DNA of 63,818 bases, filler included, from Barthelona sp. PAP020 (lineage: Eukaryota), in assembly GCA_040182905.1 (NCBI GenBank). It is 3 parts of 3 records of this genome, joined end to end, with 100 filler letters (N's around TTAATTAATTAA, not from the genome) between each part and the next. Parts side by side here need not be neighbours in the genome. Positions count along the whole stretch, not along the records: positions 1 to 21,358 come from JARQWU010000183.1; 2 more parts are not named here. One strand, written 5' to 3'. The notes below the pieces were generated by a model, which was not told the origin of the DNA, searched no databases, and worked only from the letters and a program-made list of their open reading frames with translations. Below are positions 1 to 11,000 of the stretch, piece by piece; within the stretch, counting starts at the first letter, position 1; each line of letters starts with the position of its first letter. The position numbers and the translations under genes were made by a program.

Positions 1-1
1 G

Positions 2-97
2 CATGTGAGTGAAGATTCTGTCAGAATGTACACTGAATTTCCTCAAAAAACAATTTTTACTTCATTAATTCATCCCATTGATCCTCTTGCGGTTTAA
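2..97 (+). CDS. Probable 3' end of an unidentified gene truncated by the window edge
   Basis: Open frame from base 2 (HVSEDSVRMYTEFPQKTIFTSLIHPIDPLAV*) ends at TAA 95-97; no recognisable motif. Confidence 0.4.
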   Translation, partial: HVSEDSVRMYTEFPQKTIFTSLIHPIDPLAV

Positions 98-160
98 GTG
101 TTTGCAATTGTAAAGCTTGGTAGATTTTTTTTTTTGTATTTTCTTCCGTATATTGTCAAA

Positions 161-994
161 ATGTTACAACCTATTGGTTCAGAAATGTTTAGAAAAACGA
201 AATTTCCAATAATTTTTTTATTATTATTTCTTTTGTCAATATTTTTTTCAATATGTTTTTATTATTTAAGTTTTGACACAAATTCAAAGGATTCTTTTAT
301 TTTGATATCATTTATTGTGTATGTGTTCAGTAATTTATTATATTCGCTCCTTAATTTCCCACAAATTTTTGGTTCCACCAATTTTACTGGTTTTCATAAT
401 TGTATTATATTGTTTGGTTTGCAATGTTTATCAATTTTTTACTTTTTAAGGGGTGTTATTGATGAAACATATCATTTTTTCAACATTATTTCTTTTGTTG
501 TTTGTTATTTGTTGTGGATTGTAAATATCAGCTTTTTAAATGAAGAATATGCAGTTACTTCGAGAAGAATACCCAATAGAGGTTTGGCTTTTTTGGTATT
601 TATTCACAGTTTGAATATTATGGAACTTGTCTTGAAAGCTTTTTGTTTATCAAAAGGCGCTTATACAAATGAAGAAATTAAGATACTGTTTTTGTTCAAT
701 ATTATTTTTGTGCTGGTGTTTTGTCTATGGCTTTGGTCAATTCAGATATACGAAACAGGGAATGTTCCCAATTATTTATTAATTTTATTTGTTCTTTGTC
801 CTATTGTACAAACTATTCTTTCTTATATGTCACCTGTGGGCAAAGTCTATAACAATCTCACAATCATTCTTAGTCTTCACTTGGTTGCTTTTGCAATTAC
901 TTTTGCGGTTGGTTTCTTTATTTTAATGGTCATTCTTTCTTTTTTGACTTTCTGTTACATGCGAAGAAACAGTGAGAATAATTATTACATATGA
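161..994 (+). CDS. Polytopic membrane protein of unknown function
   Basis: Long ORF with about 8 hydrophobic segments. The first in-frame ATG is at 161; the ORF track start at 98 is a GTG. Confidence 0.6.
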   Translation: MLQPIGSEMFRKTKFPIIFLLLFLLSIFFSICFYYLSFDTNSKDSFILISFIVYVFSNLLYSLLNFPQIFGSTNFTGFHNCIILFGLQCLSIFYFLRGVIDETYHFFNIISFVVCYLLWIVNISFLNEEYAVTSRRIPNRGLAFLVFIHSLNIMELVLKAFCLSKGAYTNEEIKILFLFNIIFVLVFCLWLWSIQIYETGNVPNYLLILFVLCPIVQTILSYMSPVGKVYNNLTIILSLHLVAFAITFAVGFFILMVILSFLTFCYMRRNSENNYYI

Positions 995-1222
995 TTTATT
1001 TAAATTACCACGCAATATCATATTTAACGGCAAATGATTTAAAGTCATTGTAAATTGTTTTTTAGTCTTTTTTTTTTTTTTTTTGAACATAATTGTTGTG
1101 TAAAAGAATGAATGAATCTGTTCAATATACGATAATGTTTATTTATGTTTGTTTTTTGAATTTAAGTGATAGAAAGGAAGTAAATATTTTCACTTCAAAA
1201 AATCTTTTCCAATACTCTTGAT

Positions 1223-1825
1223 ATGAAAACAAAAACAGTTTTTAAGGTTGTCTTGGTTGGTGCAGCTAGTGTTGGAAAAACATCATTAATGAATAGATTT
1301 TTGAGAAATCAATTTGTTGAAAAAATTCCACAAACAATCGGTGTTAATCATGGATCTACTTATTTAGTCATATCAGATAGGAATGTTAGAATGCAAATTT
1401 GGGATTGTGCAGGAAGTGAACGATTTCGTTCGATTGCTCGTGTGTATTTCAGAGATACACATGGTGTGATTATTGTATATAACGTTAATGATCCAACCTC
1501 ATTTGAAGCTGTTTCTTCAGTTTTGGAGGAAGTACGAAATATTTGCAATTCGAATTGTGTTGTGTTTTTGGTTGGCAATCAAAAAGATAACAATGATGAA
1601 CCTATTGTGTCCACACAAAGAGCAAAGTTATTTGCTGAGGAAAAGGGGCTGGTTTTTATGGAAACTTCTGCTGCTACGGGAAAAAATGTTCATGATTTGT
1701 TTGAAAGTGTTGCTCTTGATATTTATAAAAAAACGATAAATGGTGATTTAAAGCCCTTTTCAATGCCAAGCGGTGTTGAATCCGAAATAATTGAAGAAGA
1801 AGCTTCGAAAGGATGTTCATGTTGA
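1223..1825 (+). CDS. Divergent Rab GTPase (Rab2/4/14-like)
   Basis: G1 GAASVGKT, effector TIGV, G3 WDCAGSE, RFRSI, G4 GNQKD, G5 ETSA, C-terminal CSC prenylation motif. Confidence 0.9.
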   Translation: MKTKTVFKVVLVGAASVGKTSLMNRFLRNQFVEKIPQTIGVNHGSTYLVISDRNVRMQIWDCAGSERFRSIARVYFRDTHGVIIVYNVNDPTSFEAVSSVLEEVRNICNSNCVVFLVGNQKDNNDEPIVSTQRAKLFAEEKGLVFMETSAATGKNVHDLFESVALDIYKKTINGDLKPFSMPSGVESEIIEEEASKGCSC

Positions 1826-2051
1826 AAATTGTTATATAGTCTTTGGTAAAATTGTTGTTTTATTTTTTTTACAGAAATTGGCAATGTTACTGTTTTGCTT
1901 TAACTGTTTGTTAAAGAAAATTTGGAAGTGGTTTGTTGAAATTTTCTTGGATATTTTAAAAAACAAAAAAGAATTTTCTTTTTTAAATATTTACAAAAAA
2001 AACAATTGAAAAAGAAATCAATCTTTGATGATTCACTTTTAGCATGAAAAC

Positions 2052-5000
2052 TTATTGCAACTCAAGTCTCACACAATTATCCACTGCAAACAGAACTTTA
2101 CGGCGTAATTCTTCTTTTGAAGAATAAGCAGGAAGATTTAAAGAAAAGAAACATGTGCTTGCCGTGGGTAAATCATTTGAGTAATCTTTCATCACAATTC
2201 TGAAACTAACTTGACCTTTTGAAGGTAACCTTGATCTGGCATATGTAAATCTAATGAAATTAGAACGTTGTTGAGGTGTACACTCTCTAAGAACTTCAAA
2301 TAACCATTTAATAGCGGGAATTCTCATAGGATCGCTTGCTAAATGATGATTAGCAACATATAACAAAGACTCTAATTTGTCAACATCATAATCTGCTTCA
2401 CCACTATACAAGATTTCTAACTCCTGAGGAGTCATTAAAAAAATAGATCCTGCTGGTAATACTGTTGTAAAACCTCTTTGAATAGCATTAATTGCCTCAC
2501 TAAATTGCGAAAAGTATGTAGCTGTCACCTTTTCAAAAAATTCAATTCTGTTTTTAAAGGTGAGCTTTTTGTTTGAACCATCTTCCACAATTTCACATGT
2601 TGAACCGTCAATTCTTGAGTATGTCATATATTTACCCAAAACTATTTCTTCAAACATCTCTTGGGTTAATTCCTTATCGTTTGGTCCTACGTTTGTATCA
2701 ATATAATGGAGAATTTGATATAGACTCAGATCTATATCCTTTATCTCATGGTAAGTGACTTTTGTGCCTGTTAATAGCTTCCAGAATAAAGAACAAAAAA
2801 CGAAGTCCAATAAATGATTGGTGAACCTTATTGATGCCAACAACATTCCTATTGCTTCAAAATCATTGGTATTCTTGTAAGCTGGATTGATCATTATTTT
2901 ACCTTCCTTATCAACACCTAAACGAGCATTTGGAGTACGTATCAAAGGTTGAGATAAGTCGTCATTGGACCATTCTTTACAGAGATTTGAAATTACATCA
3001 CTATAAGGACCACCAGCATCAACACCTTCTTCTTCAAAAAATTTAACGACAAATGGTCGATTAACATATCTCCAATGATCAACCTTAATACGTCTTGCAA
3101 TACCAAAGAAATGATGCCCGTAATTACCCTGAGTACGGTTAAGTTGCATTCTAGCACGCTTATTATTAGGTATGCCTTCAGTAACGATGTAATGTTTGAT
3201 TTGGTTGGATAAAAGAGCTTGTTTGACATTACTGGATAATACATCACGTAAATCAAACAACAAAGAGGCAATGTTATTCTCTTTAGCACTATTTTCATAT
3301 TTAGAAGCTGCAGCAGCCAATTTTTCAAATTCAGAAGTACTGATAAAAACACTCAATACAGTACTGACATAATCAATATGCAAAGCAACTTCTAACCAGT
3401 TCTGTAATGTTTCTGTTGAGTAAGTTGAAAACATTGGGAAATAACGGTGCATATCATTATCACCCAACACAATTCTCTTGGGTCTCAAAGAATGTGCCAC
3501 GGTAGAAACATCAACTCTGTAACTACTTACGCTTTCCCTATTGCAAGGTCTAAATCTCCTTGGATGATAGTCTTCCTTGAAAACAATATTATGCAAACAA
3601 CAAGAATTATCTTCACCAAATCTGTATAAACCAAGAAGGAAATCACGACTGATAGACTCATTTTGCAAAAAGTACTGATAATCGTCACATATTTGCTGGA
3701 AATTTGCATCTTGATATAATTGATTGAACTTGTTTTCGACAATCTGTAAATCTGGAGTTGGGTCATTGATTAAAGGAATAGCATAGATTCTCAAACCCCA
3801 TCCATTTTTAAAGCTATCAGATCTAAACCTGAAATCAACGGCAGAATGATTCACAACTAAAACATTGGGAAACTTATTCCCTGCATAGGAAAAGAGATTG
3901 GTGCTTCCACTTCTCAGTTCAAAAACATGACTGCTGCTGGAATTGTTGGGGGTAACATGCGTGCTACATTGCTCATCAAAGATCAACAAGATACCATTAC
4001 AATTAGAAAAGGAGATAGTTCCTTCGTACAGCAAATTATTTTCATAATTGTGACTTGTTTCGATCACTAAATAATCTCTCATAATGGGATGATACGATTG
4101 TTCATATATTTGAAGAATTGTTTGATGGTCCAATTTTTTATCAATAGACAATTTCTTCAAGGACAAATGCAAGGATGACATCATTTCAAAGAAGATAGTC
4201 TGGAAACTACCACTTATCTTACTGCCTAGAATATTTAACATGGAGTATTGACTCAAAATACTCTCAAACAGGTTAGATTTAATCTTGGGAATGAAGATAT
4301 TGTCTTTTTGAGCAAAGAAATCTTTGACAAAGTAAATAAGTTTATCTTTCAGGTTACTTTCAAGGGTTTGTTTGACTTTAATAATACTTTGATTGTTAGT
4401 CATTTCAAACCTCAAATCAGGAGGTATCTCTTCAGGAAATAGATTTCTGAGTTTAAGATTTGTGATGATTTGGAAAATCTTTTGTTTTAATGAATCAATA
4501 ACAGGCAAACAAATAGAATTACGTGCATTAATAATCATCAATTGATTGAAGATCTTTGTCAATATGGTGTTAAAGAATAGATCCATTGGCTTATTCAATA
4601 TTTCCCTTGGTTTGACATTGGATACTCTTTTCAAATAAGAATCACAAAAACACTCTAAAATGAACAAACCAAACTCAAAATCATAAGTATGTGATACATC
4701 CGCAGCAATTGGGAAAATAATAGCTTCAAAACCCCATGGTTTTGCAGCATCTCTGTTAGGATCCCCTGGAATGAACGACACTCTAAAATTGGGAGATGGT
4801 ATGTACAATTGAGGGAAATGATCACCCCAACAATATGCAAAAGGAATCAAATTATTTTGCTCATCAAATAGTTCAACACAAAAACAATCTTTTTCACTCA
4901 GTGTTTTACATCTGGGATCGAATCGTATCACATAACTAGAAATATTTCCTTTCACATTGTTGAATGAAGCAGGAGAAAAATTGGAACTCATTTGTCTATT

Positions 5001-8000
5001 GGCTTCATATGGATGCTTTGAGTGTAAAGCAATTCCAGAAGGAAATGCTGGATTTTGATGTTTGAAGATGTTCTGTAACGTAGAACTCAATCCTTTTAAC
5101 AATCTGAAATCATTAGAGGGTAAGATGTAATTATACACCAAATCTTTAAAGGCGTCTAATGAAGTTTTCGAGGTGTACAAACTGAGATTTCCATTATACC
5201 TGGATTGCCAATACCTTCCCATTGACTTTGGGAAAAAATATGATGGTTTCAAGACGCAAGCCATGCGATCAGTGAATAAATGAAGTAACATACCAATGAA
5301 ACGATATCTGTCACTGAAAATATTTAAATATTTGGAGACCAAATGTTTTCTTGATATTGTCTCTTGTTTAATTATATTGGGAAATTGTGCTAAAAATTGT
5401 GTCCATATTGATTTGGCTAAAGTGATACTGACTGAACCTAAATATAGCATAAAATCATCAGTTAATTCATGATAATTAAAGTATGTGCTTAATTCATGCT
5501 TTGGTCTATCATGAACTCTGAATAAATCATCCTCAAACTTGAAAAAGCCCCATTCAGTGTATTGATGTATTTGCAAACAACTATACTGCTTATTAGTATC
5601 TTTAATGGTCATGATCACCCTACCACGCATATCTTCATCGAGATCCAAAAACTCAGCATCCTTGAATGTCTCTAACATCATTTCACTTGTTTCAGGATTT
5701 GCTAATTCAATCCTATACATACTGTTTTCAATTTTTTGTCTTAAAATACCATATAAACCGTGATAACAGTAAGCATTTGAGGTGAATTGATGCAAATTCA
5801 TCAGAGATTTAGAATATATCAAATTTTTATCAATAGCCACAGAGCGGTTTATTTTGATATTACCCTTTGTAGGTTTTTCAGGACGGTTTAACATTAATTG
5901 ATCATCAATAAAGACTTCCTTGCTTCTTATACGAGAAACAAATTCAGGATTTCCAGAATCACTGTAAGGCTCAGCTAATAAAGCACGATCACCCGATCTT
6001 AACAAGAAATTTTCCCAACTAGAAGTGGCAAGACGAAAACGATTAACAGCATTGGTTTGTTGATGGGCTTCAGCGTGGGAAATACCTTTAAATAATGCAT
6101 GAATACCTATATGACGAGATAATTGGAAAATAACGTTCCATAAAGACTTATACTTCTTATTTTCATTCGAAAACAACGTGTTAGCAACTTCATTGTCAAA
6201 CTTTCCAATGTTTACCAAAAAATTGTTCAAAAAGTTTAATCCAATGTGTCTCAAAGTCAACAATTGTAATAATAAATGTTTTTGATAGTTCATTAGAGGT
6301 AACTTTAAGACTTTGTTCTCACCATAATAGTAGTTTTTGACATAATCAATTTGACTTATTTTAGAAGCAGGAGGTGAAAAGAAACTGTCAAACCCATTAA
6401 CATTTTGACAAATATTTGTCAAAATGTCAAAAATTCTGAATCTTTCCAGTTCAACAATACCCAATTCAAACTTGGGTGATTCCATAGTTGATACAATCAT
6501 AAATTTTTCAACGTCAATAATTTCATCTGATGACCAATTATTTGATTTGATGCTAGCTTTTTTAATAATAGATGCTTTCATACAACAATCATATGCTAAA
6601 ACAATCCCTTCCTCATAATGATGGTTATATAAATAATCAAGGTCATTCTCTTTCACTTGATAAATAATAGTATCTCCAACACTTGGTTCAAAAGACGATT
6701 CTGTTAGTATTTGAAATACGACGATGAATCTACACAGATTTGCATCATTGATTCGTAAAGTCAATTCAGAAATATCATTTTCATTGCTATAACGATCTAA
6801 CCCAATGATTTTCTTCAAAAAATCATGAATGTTCAATTCGTCAAAGGTTTGCTGTTCATTATTGAATTTTGTTTTGTAAATATTCCAAAACTCTAAATAA
6901 AAATGATCACTAATGACATTTTGAACTTCTTCAATCAAAGAAATATCCAAAATTTGTTGAAATTTCTTTGTTAAGATTTGATCCACATTTTGATTCTTTA
7001 ATTCACTGTTAGAAACATGCACATGATAAAACAAAGCCTTTAAAAGTCTAACTGCACATTTAGTTAATGATTTGAAATAACTTTGTGCTAAAACAACACT
7101 ATATTCATAGTTATTTCTATTTTTATTCATTTTAAACAATGGTAAGAAAGAGAAAAGAACTTTCTCATCATCATTTGCTGGAATTCTTGCAAAATCAATA
7201 TCCAAAGGTGAATTATACATGGTACAACCATAATCTAACAACAAATCAATAATATTTTCAAATTCTGCAATTTCACAACTATATTTTAACAGTATGATGT
7301 TTAAATTTCTAAATGCCGTACGTTGAATAGACGGAGAACTGGCGCTCAATAACAATAAATGTACCCAAATCATTTCTTTAGTAATTACAGGTTTAGTCAC
7401 TGAAACAATTGAAGAAAACGTTTGTAAAAAGTGTAATGTTGATTTAGAAAAGGTTATGGCACAAACTGATCTGTTCTTAATCATACTTGTCATTTCTAAG
7501 GATTCAACATCACTTTTAATTTTATTTATCTCAAAAGATTCAGATAAATAATTTCTGAAGATATTTAAACTGGTACATTGTTGATTTAATTGCAGAATAT
7601 TGGCACAAACAGTTAACAAATCATTCATAACCAAATCAATACATATTGATGTCATATCTGGTTGTAAAATACATGTAGTAGCCAAAGTAGCTTTCAAATG
7701 ACTGTGCAATAGGTCCAAAATACCATTATAGTCTTTATATTTCTTCTTCCATAACTCTAATTCTTCATAATATTTCTTCAATTCTTCTTGAGCTTGTTTA
7801 ATATATTTTGGATGGTTGGTTTGCTCCAATTGAATCAAACGACTTGGATCCATTGTAGGCATTTCTTTATCAACTGAATATAAGGTGATTAAAGAATTGA
7901 TGATTGAAACAACGTTAATTTCATCTGAAAATAAAAATTTAGTTGTTTCCCCAAAAATACTAGGTAACAAGATCGGCAAACTATTAACAACAATAGCTGT

Positions 8001-11000
8001 ATGACCTTTATCAAGTAAAGAGATATTTCTCAAAACATTTGAAACATTCTTGATCAACTCAAATAATATTTCTTCCAACTGATGTTTTGAATGTTGATTT
8101 AAACTTAGGCCATAGCTTAAGTCATAATTTAAACAATTTTCAATCAAATTTGAAGGTAATATCCAACGATCTAATAAAGTCGGAAATAATTGTGGAGTAT
8201 TTGGAAACATTGCTTTTCCCTTAAGATTTAATCGACTAAATGTTCTAGATAACATGGTTAATACTTGAATTAAATCTCCTTCTACCTTATTAGTCTCATT
8301 TTCCAATAACAATTGATTATAAATCAATAATCCTGAAATTCTACCATCAAAACAATTGGAAATTTCAGCAAAATACTTTTCAATTACATCAAAATTTAAA
8401 GTAAAATCATTAATCATGCTAAAAATTTGATCAAACAAAATCAACACATTACCCAATTGAATTTCAATCTGTTGGAATTCAAAAAATTTGGAAAACTTTT
8501 GCACTTCTAAAACTTGATCAAATAAGGTGGTTGTTATATCCATACTCTCAGAAAATCCAACACTATCTCCAAAACAATCACATTGATAAATATATTGTAC
8601 CTTCTTTTGTAATTCAGCAATCAAATCAATCAAAATTTCTTTTGGTTTACGCTTTAAAGTGTCGTTTTGCTTCAAATGAGCTAAATTAGGTACAAAATTA
8701 TCAACCAAACTATCAATACAACATAGAATCAGATTAAAAATACTGTTCTTCAAAGTAGGGTTTTTGATATCAAAGAATTCCTCAATGTTATTGAACAAAT
8801 GTAAAGGACTATTTGAATCAGAAGGTAAATGATAAATAAATAACAGAAAACCACTTAATTTCATCAAAAAAAAGGCAAATTGTTCAGTTTTTTTCAATTG
8901 AATCTTAGGTTGAAATTCCGTATCCAAATATTTACAAATGTTGACAAATAACGAAAAATTTAAATTTGAACTGTGTTTTTCTTTCACAATATTTAAACCA
9001 TCTTTTAACTGAATCTTTTGATCATTTAAATAAAGCTCAAAAAATTCTTCTAATAATTGAAACATAAAAGGTAAATTTTTAAAAGAATTGTGTTTTATCA
9101 TTGGAGAATTTTTGGAATTCTCAACTCTAAAAACAGGTGATAAATGTACTTCCTGTAATGGTACATTGTCAATTTGTACTGAAGCAATTTCACAAATCAA
9201 ATCTGTAATCAAACGAATTTGATGATTCATCTTTGAAGGGAAGACCTTATCATCATTATTCTTTGTACCAAACCCTTTAATTTCAATATTAATTTGACCT
9301 CTTTTAAATTTTGAATTGGATGGATTACTTACAAATTTTATCAAAAAATGAGATTGAGCAAAAGTTAGAATTTCAGGAAATTCACCATTTTCAAATCGTT
9401 TTAATTCATAACCATCAACATAGATTGAGATATAATCTCGATTTTGAATTTCACAATCATTGAATTTCAATTCAAAGTAATCAACGTCAACATTAGAATA
9501 TTCTTTTTCATAAGTAACATCTTGTTTATAAGTATTTTCTTTGCTTCTTCTGTTTTTGAAAGAATTTGGCAATTGAAATTTTTCAGACAAAGTTTCAATA
9601 ATTTTATTAGTTTCAAAAATATTATTATTGTTTTCAGGTAAACAATTCAGATCAAAAGCGCCTTCATTGTAATAATTTTGTTGTTGATAGATCAAAACTT
9701 TTTTCAAAAGAAACAATGTTCCAGCAAAAGGATTTAAAATTTCTGGGAAATTTTTCAAAACAATTTCAAAATTCAAATGTTTTAAAAACAACAAAATTCT
9801 GAGAAAATGTTGATGAAAAACTTGATAAATTCGTTTTAAATTATTTTTTGATTGATTTTCTCTAGCAAAAGCATCTTCAGCAAATTTATTTGAATAAAAA
9901 TCAAAAATCTTGAAAATAAATAATAAACAACGTTTTAACATGATTAAGTCAATTTGTTCATTATCATGATTTCTTAAATTAGAAAATTGTTCAAATAATT
10001 GTCTGAATATTATAGATTCAATGATTGGATCATCCATTCTATCAAATAAAGAAGGTAAATAATTATCTGGTAAATCTGTAATCATTTGACTAAAATGATT
10101 AGGAAATTGTAACATTAAAGAAGATAAACTATCAGAAAAAGGTCTATATTTTGAATCAAAACATTTTTTCACTAAATCACATGTTAATTCAGTTAATTTT
10201 GTATTAATTAAAAAAACAGGAAAACAATTACCTAAAACTAAGATTAATTGATTGAAAATAGAATTTCTTAACAAAATTTTTTTCTTTTTTTCTTCTTCTT
10301 CAATATTGTCATCAAAGTTAAAATTTATCAATTCAAGATAAATTTTAATAATTTTAGCAATTATATCAAAACTATTTGAATGAAATGATCTTTTAGCAGC
10401 AGCAAAAAAATATATACTCTTACAAAAATATTCATTGATTAGTAAAAATCGTTTTAAATACTGAATATCATTGAAATCTTTGGTAAATATCAAAGAATAT
10501 AAAGCTAAATAATCATCACAATAAGTTACAGATAACAATCGAAATTTATTATCAATATATACGCAAGGCTCTAATAATAGGCTATAAGGTTGTTCATATA
10601 AGCTTAAATTCATAGAATATAACAATTGAATATCTAACTTCATCTCTGTTGATTTAAATTCTTCTTCATTGATTAAGGAAGATACATAATAATCTAACGA
10701 ACTTAAACAAAGAATATTCGTTGAACTTTCAACTTGTATCAACAAAGGAATACCAACCAAAGTATCATTGCGTACACAAGGAATTCTAATAGTCAAATTT
10801 TCAATATCTAACATGATAAAATGTGTGGAACCAATTATTGAAACCAAATTTCCATTCAGTTTATTTATTGATGTCACAATTAAAGGAGAAAAAGCTTTTA
10901 ATATTGTATCATTCATTTCAAAATTGTTAGTTGGTGAATTGAGCGAATACTGTAATCTCATGGATTTGTTGACAACTAAAACTATCTCAAATTTTTCAGT

